Below, piece after piece: positions 1 to 9,256 of a stretch of 64,000 bases of DNA. The translations under genes were made by a program, and so were the position numbers. Origin of the DNA: an uncultured archaeon (GTDB taxonomy: Archaea; Nanobdellota; Nanobdellia; Pacearchaeales; GW2011-AR1). How positions within the stretch are numbered: the first letter of the stretch is position 1; each line of letters begins with the position of its first letter. The notes under the pieces are model-generated. The model searched no databases, was not told the DNA's origin, and was given only the letters and a program-made list of their open reading frames with translations. The stretch is from contig CAIPOI010000005.1 of the NCBI GenBank assembly GCA_903866625.1, positions 16,371-80,370 of the forward strand, given 5' to 3'.

Positions 1-663
1 GTATTTTTCTTCAACAATTCTGAAAACTCCTGCCTTTTTTCCGATTATTTTTTCTAAATCTTCTACAGGTGTGTTAATTACATTTTTTATTGTTCCTAGT
101 TTTTTTAGAAGCTTTTCCGCAGTCTTTGGACCTATGCTTGGGAAACTTTCTATAATATATTTTTGAGTTTCTTCTTTTGTTAAACCTTTTCTTGAATGAA
201 GTGTAAGATTCTTATTATTTTTCTGCTTTTTTGCTAAAATTACTAAGAATTTTGCAGTATCCTCTGAATCTCTTGTAAAAATAATTGGTATGTTCATTTC
301 TAATTCAATTGATAGAATCATGCCTCGAACTGCATTTTTGTTAAAACCTAAATTTTGTTCTTTTATATCTCCTTCAAGAATTAAAATTTTATTTTTATAT
401 CTTTTTAGTTCAACTAGTTGTTGAATTAACCTTTTATTTATTATACTGGAAATAAAATCTGAAATGGTTTTTCTTTCAAAAATTACATTTCCTACAATAT
501 AATCCCCTATTTTAAGAGATTGAATTTCAACTTCGGCTTTTAGTTCTTTCAAGTAAGGTATGACTAAAGAATTTTTCTCGTGAATGTCAGCTATAATTTT
601 TTGTTGGCTTGAGGAATTTTCTTTTCTTTGCTTTTTTGTTTTTGAAAATATATCAAAAATCAT
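1..663 (-). CDS. ERCC4/XPF-family nuclease with HhH domain (C-terminal half of a split Hef); runs off the window edge
   Basis: Not in ORF track; my translation from ATG 663: MIFDIFSK...IIADIHEKNS...GDYIVGNVIFERKTISDFISSI...ILEGD...SFPSIGPKTAEKLL (GDY, ERKxxxD and HhH motifs). Confidence 0.9.
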   Translation of the reverse strand, partial: MIFDIFSKTKKQRKENSSSQQKIIADIHEKNSLVIPYLKELKAEVEIQSLKIGDYIVGNVIFERKTISDFISSIINKRLIQQLVELKRYKNKILILEGDIKEQNLGFNKNAVRGMILSIELEMNIPIIFTRDSEDTAKFLVILAKKQKNNKNLTLHSRKGLTKEETQKYIIESFPSIGPKTAEKLLKKLGTIKNVINTPVEDLEKIIGKKAGVFRIVEEKY

Positions 664-704
664 AATTTTCTTTAGGTTTTGAAGAATATAAAACTAACTA
701 TCTA

Positions 705-2123
705 TTATTTTGAATCATAACCTAATTGTTTTAGAATTCCTTCTGCTGCTCTTATTCCTGAAGCCATTGCTCCACCAATTCCTCTTGAGAAACCCGTTCC
801 ATCTCCTGCAAAATAAAGTCCAGGCATAGAAGTTGATTGAAGATAAGAGTCTGTTGCAATTTTTATTCCGTGCATTTTTATCTCAGGACCATAAATTAAT
901 GTAGAATCCTGATTTAATCCTTCCATCAATCCTGGCACAGATAATTTTCTTAAACCATATCTAATGCTATCCATTATTCTTGCAGGCATTCCAATTCTTA
1001 CATCGCCAACCATATAATCGCTTTCTGGAAGTGTAGGTTTTATTCTCCATTCGTGAACTTTTCCAGGCTTGCTGCTTCTTTCTTGAATTAAATCTCCCAT
1101 TCTTTGTAGGATTATTTTATCTACTCCTGCTTCTCTGTAGGCTTCTGCAATTTTTAGTCCCCAATTTGCATTATTTGCTTCATTTCTTAATGGCATTCTT
1201 ACTAGTAGTGCAAAATTAGTGTTATTTGAAAGATGAACTGAAGATGAAGCTCCATTGACTAAGCAAAAATCTAATCCTCCTAATTCTGGTTTTCTATTTT
1301 TACCCTCTTTAGATACTTGGCCATAGGGGCAGACACAAAAAGTTCTTATCATATCTCCATTTGGATGACGGAACTCTAATTTTACATCTCTTTCTATATC
1401 TGTTAGATGTCTTAAAACAGCAGCATCTGTTTCAATTCTAAAACCTACATCAATGGGTCTTGAAGCATGTTCTATATTTTTTGCTTTTAATAACTTTTCA
1501 AGCCAGATAGAACCATCTCTTCCCGGTGCTATAAGTATTACATCTGCAAGATAACTTCCTTCTACCCTTGTTCTCGTATCTTGAGTGTAAACTGTTCCAT
1601 GTCTAAAACTTGTTACTTTTTCATTAGTTCTTATTTGAACTCCTCTTTTTTCTAAACTATCCTGAATTGACTTCATAAGCTCAGGTAATCTATCTGTTCC
1701 AATGTGATAATCATGAGCTAAAATATAGTCCATGTCGTTTTTTCCAGCTATAGTTGCAATTTCTCTGGCTCTTGATTCTCTTTCAGGAGTTATCTCTGGC
1801 ATTTTTCCGAAAATTGGAACATAAAAAAAAGCAAATCTTTGTTTTGATTTTATTAAATATTCTTTGTCGTCAACTCCTAGTTCGGTAAGATTTGTTCCAA
1901 TTTGTCTGCTTCCAAAAACAGTATCAAAAATATGTTTACCATCTGAATAAGCACCAATTCCTGCAACTCCACAGGCTCTATCAAAATCAATTTCTCTTCT
2001 TCTTTCTTCTACCCTTTTTCCTTGTTCGATTAAAATAACTTCTAATCCCGGAGTTCCTGCTAATTTATCTGCAGCAAATAATCCTGCTGGACCTGCTCCA
2101 ACTATAATGACTTGTTTTGGCAT
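705..2123 (-). CDS. Uncharacterised NAD(P)/FAD-dependent oxidoreductase (COG2509-like)
   Basis: GAGPAG Rossmann motif, GAYSDGK, HIGTD, RTFCVCPYG, C-terminal GLYFAGDGTG..RGI. Confidence 0.85.
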   Translation of the reverse strand: MPKQVIIVGAGPAGLFAADKLAGTPGLEVILIEQGKRVEERRREIDFDRACGVAGIGAYSDGKHIFDTVFGSRQIGTNLTELGVDDKEYLIKSKQRFAFFYVPIFGKMPEITPERESRAREIATIAGKNDMDYILAHDYHIGTDRLPELMKSIQDSLEKRGVQIRTNEKVTSFRHGTVYTQDTRTRVEGSYLADVILIAPGRDGSIWLEKLLKAKNIEHASRPIDVGFRIETDAAVLRHLTDIERDVKLEFRHPNGDMIRTFCVCPYGQVSKEGKNRKPELGGLDFCLVNGASSSVHLSNNTNFALLVRMPLRNEANNANWGLKIAEAYREAGVDKIILQRMGDLIQERSSKPGKVHEWRIKPTLPESDYMVGDVRIGMPARIMDSIRYGLRKLSVPGLMEGLNQDSTLIYGPEIKMHGIKIATDSYLQSTSMPGLYFAGDGTGFSRGIGGAMASGIRAAEGILKQLGYDSK

Positions 2124-2124
2124 A

Positions 2125-3195
2125 TTAATAAAATCTAAGTGTACTTATATCTTCAATTTTTGGGCCGTGAGAAACTAAGTATATTCTTGGTTCTTCTTTG
2201 GTTTCATTTATTTTATCTTGAAGTTTGCTTAAAAATTCATGTTCGTGAGCAAAACCAATGGTTCTCCAAGTATGTTCAGATAAATCTAAATGAGATACGC
2301 ATATTTTTGTTGCACCTGATAAGAATATTGCTCTTTGAAAACTTTGCCAATCAAATTTTCCTGCTCTTCTTGGTCTTCCAGACATACTTCCTGATTCTCC
2401 ACCTGCGTGAAGCAATTCTTCAAGAGTTTTTTTATCCATTATTTCATCTTTTAATGGTGCATCTTTAGCAACCGCTGTGATGTAGGGTTTTACTACGAGA
2501 TAAACCTCTCTAATTGACTGTGGGGGTAGACCTATTTCACCAAGGTAAGCAGAGGTATTTATGGTTCTTGCAGTATTGTGCGGAAAATATCCGCCAAAAT
2601 GTTGACATAACTCCATTCCATGATCTGTCTCAAATAAAATTCCTTCTCTTCTAATTAAAGCTTGGCGCATTTCTTCAACACTATCAGTTATATACTTTTT
2701 AAGATCTGGATTATCTTTTGCAAAAACTGCTCTTTTTTCAATTAAATCATGTTTTGCAGGATTAATTCCACTTAAAACACTTCCTAATTTTCTTAGATTA
2801 TTATTCTCTCTTTCTTCTTGTTTGTGAAGATCTGTAACTATTTTTGCATTAACATCGATGCCTAATCTTTCAGGAGTTAGATTTAAAGTTGGAATTTCTG
2901 CTTGAATTTCTACTATTTCTCCACTATAGGGTCTTTGTTCTTGACCTCCATATAATAATTTTTTCATATCAATAAAGCTTGCCCCTCCCAAAAGAATTCT
3001 AAGATTTGAATTTACTGCTGCACAAGGTAAGTGTGCAATTCCTACTCTTTTTCCATCAAGATAGATGCTATGTCCTGCTTGTGGCGAAGCACTTCTTACG
3101 GCTATAGAATAGTCTCCATGTAATCCTAACCATGCAGAAAAATTTCCTTTTGCTTCATCTCCTCTCTGACCCCCAATAACAACATCAACTCCCAT
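2125..3195 (-). CDS. purA: Adenylosuccinate synthetase-like protein (short archaeal type, divergent)
   Basis: GGQRGDEAKG P-loop, AGHS, GRPRRAGKFD, SHLD, SHGP; several IMP-contact positions differ from canonical PurA. Confidence 0.75.
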   Translation of the reverse strand: MGVDVVIGGQRGDEAKGNFSAWLGLHGDYSIAVRSASPQAGHSIYLDGKRVGIAHLPCAAVNSNLRILLGGASFIDMKKLLYGGQEQRPYSGEIVEIQAEIPTLNLTPERLGIDVNAKIVTDLHKQEERENNNLRKLGSVLSGINPAKHDLIEKRAVFAKDNPDLKKYITDSVEEMRQALIRREGILFETDHGMELCQHFGGYFPHNTARTINTSAYLGEIGLPPQSIREVYLVVKPYITAVAKDAPLKDEIMDKKTLEELLHAGGESGSMSGRPRRAGKFDWQSFQRAIFLSGATKICVSHLDLSEHTWRTIGFAHEHEFLSKLQDKINETKEEPRIYLVSHGPKIEDISTLRFY

Positions 3196-3346
3196 AAAAA
3201 GAAATCATGTTTTCTTACTTATAAAGACTTATCAACTTTAATATATGTTTTAGAGAATATTAAATAAGGTTTTTTGATTGAGGTAATAGATTTTTAATAA
3301 TTACAAATATCCTAATTCAATGCTGGTTTAATCTATAGGTGTTTGA

Positions 3347-4960
3347 TTAGTACAGTCTCCTTTGTGTTTCTTCATTGTTTGTTTTATCTTCTAAATCTTT
3401 TACATAGTCTTTTAGACTTATTATTTCATTAGCTTCTAAGTTCTCTTTTACAGATTTTATTGCAGAATACATTTTTTTCTCTTTACCTATGGAAGCATAG
3501 TGATAAGCTTCATCGCGAGTTGCTTTTGTTAAAAGTATAATTAGTTCGCCTTTCATTAGTCTGGCAGTTCTTCCTGCTCTCTGAATTTTTCTTATGGCAC
3601 TTGGAATTGGTTCATAGAAAATAACTGCATTAACTTCTGGAATGTCCAGACCTTCTTCACCAATTGAAGTTGAGCATAAAACATTTATTCTTCCTTCTTT
3701 AAAATCATTTATCACTTGATTTTGTTCTTTTTGATTTAAACCTGATTCTCCTGCTTTTGTTGTTTTCTTAGCTTGGCCCACAAACATTTTTGCTTTTATA
3801 TTTTGTATCTTATTTAGTTCACCTTCAATTTTTTTTGCAGTTGCTCTAAATTGAGAAAAAATCATTATTTTTGCCTTAGGGTTTTCTTTTATTTTTTCTT
3901 CTATAATTGTTTTTAACATGAGGAGTTTTGGATGCTCAATTTTTTTTGCAATAAGCTCATTTAATAAAATATATGCCTGATTAAATTCTGGCTGCTTGAT
4001 GAGGTTTACGACTGCTTTTGAAGAATTTTCTTTAGCTTGTTGAAAAATACTTTGAAAATACTCCTGAGTTGAATCTAAAGTTTGAGTTTCTAAGAGTTCT
4101 ATAGCATGACTAATCTTTATTGCTTGACTACAAATACTAACTCCCACCATTAGATTGAAATGTTTATTTCCAGAGTTTATCGATTTCATTATTCTACCCT
4201 GGGCTTCTAAGAGAAATTTTTTTGTGGGAGGCATGAATAATAGTTTTCTATTTCTTAGTTCTTCTATATTCTTGTTGAATATTTTTTTTAATAAATCTCT
4301 TATTTTTGCAAAATCTTCTGGAAATTCTACTTCTATTTTTTTGAAATTTAGTTCTTGTAAATAAGGCTTTACATCCGAACTTTCTCGTGTTCTAAGTTCT
4401 ATAGATTCAATATTGAGATTTTTAGCTATTTGCTCAACAGTTTTCTTCTCTGCGCCAGGGCTAGCAGTTAAGCCTAAAATTCTCTGATTTTGAGCTTGTT
4501 CTTTATATCTTTGAGCAACATAGGTGTAAGAATAATTTTTTAAACATCTATGGCACTCATCTTCTATTAGTAAAGAAACTTCACTTAAGTCATATAAATA
4601 TTTTTTTAAATCATTTGCGATGCATTGAGGGGTTGAAAATATTACTTCTGCAGTCTGCCAAATCTTTCTTCTTTTTTCTGCATCAATCTTTCCAGTAAAA
4701 AGCTCCATCTCTGCAAATAACTCTGGAAGGTTTTTTTGAAAATACTCTAGGTGTTGTTGAGCTAAAGGTCTTGTTGGTGCAAGAAAAAGCACTTTGCTTT
4801 TTGGATATTTTTTTATTCGATTTATTGAAAGCATAAGGGCAATAAGAGTTTTTCCTATTCCTGTTGGAAGAACAACTAAACAGTTTTTATCTTTACATTT
4901 TTCATAGATTTCTTTTTGATAATCTCGGGGTTTTATATTCTTTAGTGTTTCGTAGGGCAT
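3347..4960 (-). CDS. Hef/FANCM-family SF2 helicase without nuclease domain
   Basis: PRDYQ, PTGIGKT, DECH, TAS, EEGLDIP, QRAGRTAR. Confidence 0.92.
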   Translation of the reverse strand: MPYETLKNIKPRDYQKEIYEKCKDKNCLVVLPTGIGKTLIALMLSINRIKKYPKSKVLFLAPTRPLAQQHLEYFQKNLPELFAEMELFTGKIDAEKRRKIWQTAEVIFSTPQCIANDLKKYLYDLSEVSLLIEDECHRCLKNYSYTYVAQRYKEQAQNQRILGLTASPGAEKKTVEQIAKNLNIESIELRTRESSDVKPYLQELNFKKIEVEFPEDFAKIRDLLKKIFNKNIEELRNRKLLFMPPTKKFLLEAQGRIMKSINSGNKHFNLMVGVSICSQAIKISHAIELLETQTLDSTQEYFQSIFQQAKENSSKAVVNLIKQPEFNQAYILLNELIAKKIEHPKLLMLKTIIEEKIKENPKAKIMIFSQFRATAKKIEGELNKIQNIKAKMFVGQAKKTTKAGESGLNQKEQNQVINDFKEGRINVLCSTSIGEEGLDIPEVNAVIFYEPIPSAIRKIQRAGRTARLMKGELIILLTKATRDEAYHYASIGKEKKMYSAIKSVKENLEANEIISLKDYVKDLEDKTNNEETQRRLY

Positions 4961-5004
4961 AGTTTAGAATTCTTTAGGTTGTATATAAATTTATAGAACT
5001 GAAT

Positions 5005-5655
5005 TTAAATGAAAACAACTATTGCAGTTATTGCTAAGATTACTAAAGAAGAAACATAAAGTGGTCTTGAACCGAAAAATATTTTTCCGCCATCAAATCT
5101 ACTTAGTGGAATCATATTCCATGCTGAATAGTACAAACAATATTTTGCTAATTCTTGAAATGGGAAAAAGCTAAAATAGGAATTTAAGATCGTGGCGACC
5201 ATAGCTAGAACCCAAATTGTCACAAAGCTATAAAAAGCAATCAGGCATTCATCCCATTCAGTAACTGTACTAAATCTTAGTCTTCCGTATTGTTTAGATA
5301 CTTTAGATACTAAGGCCTGAGTTTGAAATTGAAGAAAAGCAAGAACTTTTATGAATCCGTTTGAAATAAGCAAGAATAAAAGAGGAAATAATAATCCTGC
5401 TGGAATTGGCTTTCTAAAATAATCTCTTTTTGCTATCCAAAATCTTTGCCAGCTTATTATGCTGATTGTTATTTTAGTATCTATCTTTTTTGCCACAATT
5501 TTTTTTGAATAGACTGATAACCCAATTATTATAATTGAAGCTATTAAGGAAAATGTTAAGGCATCAATTACATGAACTTCCTTTGAAAATAAGAAAAGAG
5601 AGATGGTCATTAATAATACTGCTAGAATAATCGAAATTACTTCTTTTTTTTCCAT
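5005..5655 (-). CDS. Membrane protein, site-2 protease (M50)-like, HExxH absent
   Basis: Multiple TM segments; NMIPLSRFDGGK resembles the M50 NxxPxxxxDG motif. Confidence 0.6.
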   Translation of the reverse strand: MEKKEVISIILAVLLMTISLFLFSKEVHVIDALTFSLIASIIIIGLSVYSKKIVAKKIDTKITISIISWQRFWIAKRDYFRKPIPAGLLFPLLFLLISNGFIKVLAFLQFQTQALVSKVSKQYGRLRFSTVTEWDECLIAFYSFVTIWVLAMVATILNSYFSFFPFQELAKYCLYYSAWNMIPLSRFDGGKIFFGSRPLYVSSLVILAITAIVVFI

Positions 5656-5783
5656 TCTACTTTTTCTATGATTTTTTAATATAAAAATCTATCTAATCCT
5701 TCTAACTTTTTGAAAAACAATATAAACAAAACTATTTTTTTCACAATAGAAAACTATATAAATACCCTTTTTTTAAAACCATT

Positions 5784-6092
5784 ATGTTAAAGATAAAAAA
5801 GATAAGTTCAATGCTTGGAAAAAGAGTGTTCACAGACAATGGTGATTTCTTTGGAGAGATTGAAGAAGCAGTTTTAGCTGAGAATAAGATTGATTCTTGG
5901 AGAATAAGAGTTTCTAAAGAGATGATGAGAAGTCTTAATGGCGCAAGAGGAGTAATCATACCCCATCAATTTGTTAAAGCGATAGGAGATGTTTTCGTAG
6001 TTAATAGAGCAAGCCTTCCAATTTCTGATATAGAAGAATCTAGTGTATCCGAGTCAGAAACAATGGATCTTTCTTCTGCAAATCAGAACTAA
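5784..6092 (+). CDS. PRC-barrel domain protein (CdpB-like)
   Basis: GKRVFTDNGDFFGEIEE...IIPHQFVKAIGDVFVV PRC-barrel pattern. Confidence 0.85.
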   Translation: MLKIKKISSMLGKRVFTDNGDFFGEIEEAVLAENKIDSWRIRVSKEMMRSLNGARGVIIPHQFVKAIGDVFVVNRASLPISDIEESSVSESETMDLSSANQN

Positions 6093-6114
6093 ATAACTGA
6101 TACTTAAATAAAAA

Positions 6115-6606
6115 ATGGTGAATTTTTTAACTTTAGATATTTTTCAAAATATAATCCTGCCGTTTTTATTGGTTTTTACACTTATTTTTGCAATATTGGA
6201 GAAGTCAAATCTTCTGGGCAAGGATAAACATCAAATTAATGCAATTATGGGCTTTGTTATTGCGGGCTTACTTGTGGGGGTTTACAAATATGTAGATATG
6301 ATTCACCAGTTTGTGATATTTTTAGTTATAGCTTTAGTTATACTATTTGTATTTCTAATGATTTCAGGATTTGCTTTTGGAACAACAGATGGAGATGTTT
6401 TTAAGAATTACACTTGGGCAAAGTGGGTTTTGACTGCAATAGGATTTATCGCTTTAGTTATTGCTGTATTAGTTATTACCAAAACTTGGGATAAATTTTT
6501 GAATTTTATCACAAATTCAAATGTTGGAACAAATATTATTTTTGCTATAATTATCATTGCTGCTCTTGCTGCAGTTTTATTTGGTGGTAAGAAAGCCAAC
6601 AGTTAA
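6115..6606 (+). CDS. Small multi-pass membrane protein (paralogue 1)
   Basis: ILPFLLVFTLIFAIL motif, about 5 TM segments. Confidence 0.75.
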   Translation: MVNFLTLDIFQNIILPFLLVFTLIFAILEKSNLLGKDKHQINAIMGFVIAGLLVGVYKYVDMIHQFVIFLVIALVILFVFLMISGFAFGTTDGDVFKNYTWAKWVLTAIGFIALVIAVLVITKTWDKFLNFITNSNVGTNIIFAIIIIAALAAVLFGGKKANS

Positions 6607-6663
6607 TTTTAGCAAAAGATATATAAAGACTTAGAATTTAAGTTAATAAGAAAAAAAGGTCAA

Positions 6664-7176
6664 ATGGCAATAGAATCAATATTATTATATAGTGGACTGG
6701 GTATAACTGGGTTGTTAAATGATTGGGCTCAATCTGGAGTTTTTTCTTATGTTCTTCCTTTTTTGTTAATCTTTGCTTTTGTTTACGGATTATTAGCTAA
6801 GATAAAAGTTTTCGGAGAGAATAAGGGAGTTAATGCAATTATTGCTTTAGCTATTGGTGGATTGAGTTTAGTTAATGATTATGTTCCGAGATTTTTTGAG
6901 TCAATAATTCCTAATCTTGGAATTGCAATAAGTATTCTTCTTGCAGCAATAATACTTGGAGGATTATTCTTAGATGATGATAAGTTTTCTTGGGTAAAGA
7001 AAGTTATATGGGCTGTTGGTGCAATTGCTTTCTTAGCGGTGGTTTTCAGTAGCCTTTCTGATTTTACATTTTCAGGAAATTTCTTCTGGTATGAATATGG
7101 TTCTACTTTGATAACTTTGGTTTTACTTGTTGGAGCTATAGCTTTTGTTATATTTGGTGCCGGAAAGAAGCCTTAG
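6664..7176 (+). CDS. Small multi-pass membrane protein (paralogue 2)
   Basis: VLPFLLIFAFVYGLL motif; GxNKxVNAII and C-terminal FG..KK shared with 6115. Confidence 0.75.
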   Translation: MAIESILLYSGLGITGLLNDWAQSGVFSYVLPFLLIFAFVYGLLAKIKVFGENKGVNAIIALAIGGLSLVNDYVPRFFESIIPNLGIAISILLAAIILGGLFLDDDKFSWVKKVIWAVGAIAFLAVVFSSLSDFTFSGNFFWYEYGSTLITLVLLVGAIAFVIFGAGKKP

Positions 7177-7356
7177 TTGTTGAAAGAAGTTGGGTTGGGG
7201 AGTTTGAGTTGAATTTATTGATTATGTTCTCTGTTGGTGTTGTGGATTAGTTCCATTAATTCAATAAGAGTTTAATTTAGAATAGATAAAATAGATAATC
7301 TTGGTTTGAAGAAAGGTTTGACTGTTTATAGTTTTTGGGTTAATAATCTTAGTAAA

Positions 7357-7866
7357 TTATTTTTTTGCCTTAACCAAGAACCAACCAACGATTACTATTG
7401 ATAGAATAAAAACCAAAGCATCTCCGAAGTTTTTAGAATAAATGAAGTCTTTTAATTCTGACATATTTGAATCTAAACCCGCATCACTTGAGTGAGGAAG
7501 CATGTGATTTAGGGCCGTAAAATGGGAGAAAGCCATAAACACTATTACAATTATAGCTATTGCAAATCCTATCCACATGATATATTTTTTTACATTTCCT
7601 AATTCTTTATCTCCTACTAATATAACTGATAAAAGCACTAAAAATCCTATAACGGCTATGATTGCTATAACTGGAACTAAGTCAATAGCATAGTTGGTTA
7701 TTTTTGTTGAAGAAACTACTAATAGAGCTAAAAGTAAGCTAAGAGTTACAAGAACCCAATTTCCACCTTCTATTTTTGTAGCTTTAAGTGTGAAGTAGCT
7801 TATGATAAATACTAAAAGCATAACTAATATTGGTGCATAATAGTGTGTTTGTGAGAGGTCAATCAT
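7357..7866 (-). CDS. Small multi-pass membrane protein (paralogue 3, more distant)
   Basis: PILVMLLVFIISYFTL, similar size and topology. Confidence 0.65.
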   Translation of the reverse strand: MIDLSQTHYYAPILVMLLVFIISYFTLKATKIEGGNWVLVTLSLLLALLVVSSTKITNYAIDLVPVIAIIAVIGFLVLLSVILVGDKELGNVKKYIMWIGFAIAIIVIVFMAFSHFTALNHMLPHSSDAGLDSNMSELKDFIYSKNFGDALVFILSIVIVGWFLVKAKK

Positions 7867-7928
7867 AGTGATATTACTTAAAAACTATTTATAAATCTTT
7901 CTGTATGTTGTAACTAAGAAGTGGTGGT

Positions 7929-8684
7929 TTATCTAAAATAATCTTCAAAACTTGCAGAATCTGATGAATCTATTCTTGCGGCTTGCTGTTGTTGAGGTTT
8001 TTGTTGAGTCTGTTTTGCTTGAATTGGTTTTTGCTTGCTTTTTTGTGAAGGCATTTGTTGTTCTGGTTCTTGATTTGAACTATTAACTCCTCTTTGCTTA
8101 TCTAAAAGAGGATTTATCATTTTTGAAAAAGCTCCTTGGGTAGCTTTTATTTCTTCAGATATTCCTTGTATGGCTTCCCCATAATCTCCCATTTTTCTTA
8201 TTATTGCGGATTGAAGCTCTTGCATAATTGATTCTACTTTGTTTAACCTATTATCTAAGTTTTGAATTTCAAATTTTAAATCAGTCTTTAATTTGCTTAA
8301 GGCTTCAACTTCTTGCCTTATTTTTTTTGTTGCTTCTTCAGATTCTTGTTTTGCAATATCTCTGACAGTTTCAACGTCAACTGCTTGAGAATAATAGTTT
8401 TGGTTGTAATCTTGGTATTGTTGTTGATACTGGCCTTGCTCTGGAGCATATTGAACTTGTTCTTGTTGTGGCTGTTCTTGAGAATATTGTTGATTTTGCA
8501 TTATACTTGGTTGAAGTTCTTCATTTTCTTGATTACCGGGATAGATTGCAGATTTAATCTTCAGTTGGGAAAATGCTTCATTAACTTGATTAGAAGGATA
8601 ACCTTGCTCTCTTAAAGCAGAAACTATCTGATTATCACTTTGTCCAGATTGCCTCATTTTTTCTATTTGTTCAAGTAGTGCCAT
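7929..8684 (-). CDS. Hypothetical Q-rich coiled-coil protein
   Basis: N-terminal helical domain, Q/E-rich linker, heptad region. Confidence 0.7.
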   Translation of the reverse strand: MALLEQIEKMRQSGQSDNQIVSALREQGYPSNQVNEAFSQLKIKSAIYPGNQENEELQPSIMQNQQYSQEQPQQEQVQYAPEQGQYQQQYQDYNQNYYSQAVDVETVRDIAKQESEEATKKIRQEVEALSKLKTDLKFEIQNLDNRLNKVESIMQELQSAIIRKMGDYGEAIQGISEEIKATQGAFSKMINPLLDKQRGVNSSNQEPEQQMPSQKSKQKPIQAKQTQQKPQQQQAARIDSSDSASFEDYFR

Positions 8685-8721
8685 TTTCTCTTTTTCTTAT
8701 TTTATTATGTTATTGGGGTTT

Positions 8722-9102
8722 TTAATTTTGTTGTTTTTTGGAATTGATAGCTTTTTCTATCATTCTTTCAACATCCGTTAGTCTTGCTATCTCTAATGGT
8801 TGAAACATTTCAAACTGTTTTCTCATTATATCTAATTCTGTTTTTCTTGCAAAGTTATTTGAACTTTCTATTATACTGGTAAGAGTCATTTTTATCCTTT
8901 TTAATTCATCAGATAGGTCAAATATTTTGGTTTTTATCTCTAATAATTCTGATTCTATCTCTGATTTTTGGCTTACCAGATTTTCTCCTATTAGTAGAAC
9001 TCTATCTTTGATGATATTTTGCTTCTCTTCCAAATCTCTTAACTTTACATTAATGTCATTAAAGATGTCATTTACGGAATTTGATTGTTGTTCTTCTACC
9101 AT
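8722..9102 (-). CDS. Hypothetical coiled-coil protein
   Basis: 126-aa ORF with heptad pattern, co-oriented with 7929. Confidence 0.7.
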   Translation of the reverse strand: MVEEQQSNSVNDIFNDINVKLRDLEEKQNIIKDRVLLIGENLVSQKSEIESELLEIKTKIFDLSDELKRIKMTLTSIIESSNNFARKTELDIMRKQFEMFQPLEIARLTDVERMIEKAINSKKQQN

Positions 9103-9256
9103 TCTCTTTTTTCTTATTTTACAAGGTTCTGAGGGTTTAAAATTGTTGTTCTTTTAATATATTTCTTAGATTTTCAGATATATGCTGGTTTGGAGAAAAC
9201 TATTTAATATCATTAAAGTTTATCCTATAGATAAATGAGGTAATTATAGCTGTAAA

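Noticed and set aside
2125..3195. PurZ (2-aminoadenine pathway)
   Set aside because: Asp13 (GDEAKG) is retained, whereas PurZ has Ser; no datZ/mazZ or phage genes are adjacent.
7929..8684. Tandem-repeat or contingency locus in the Q-rich region
   Set aside because: Low complexity at the protein level only; no perfect DNA repeat units.
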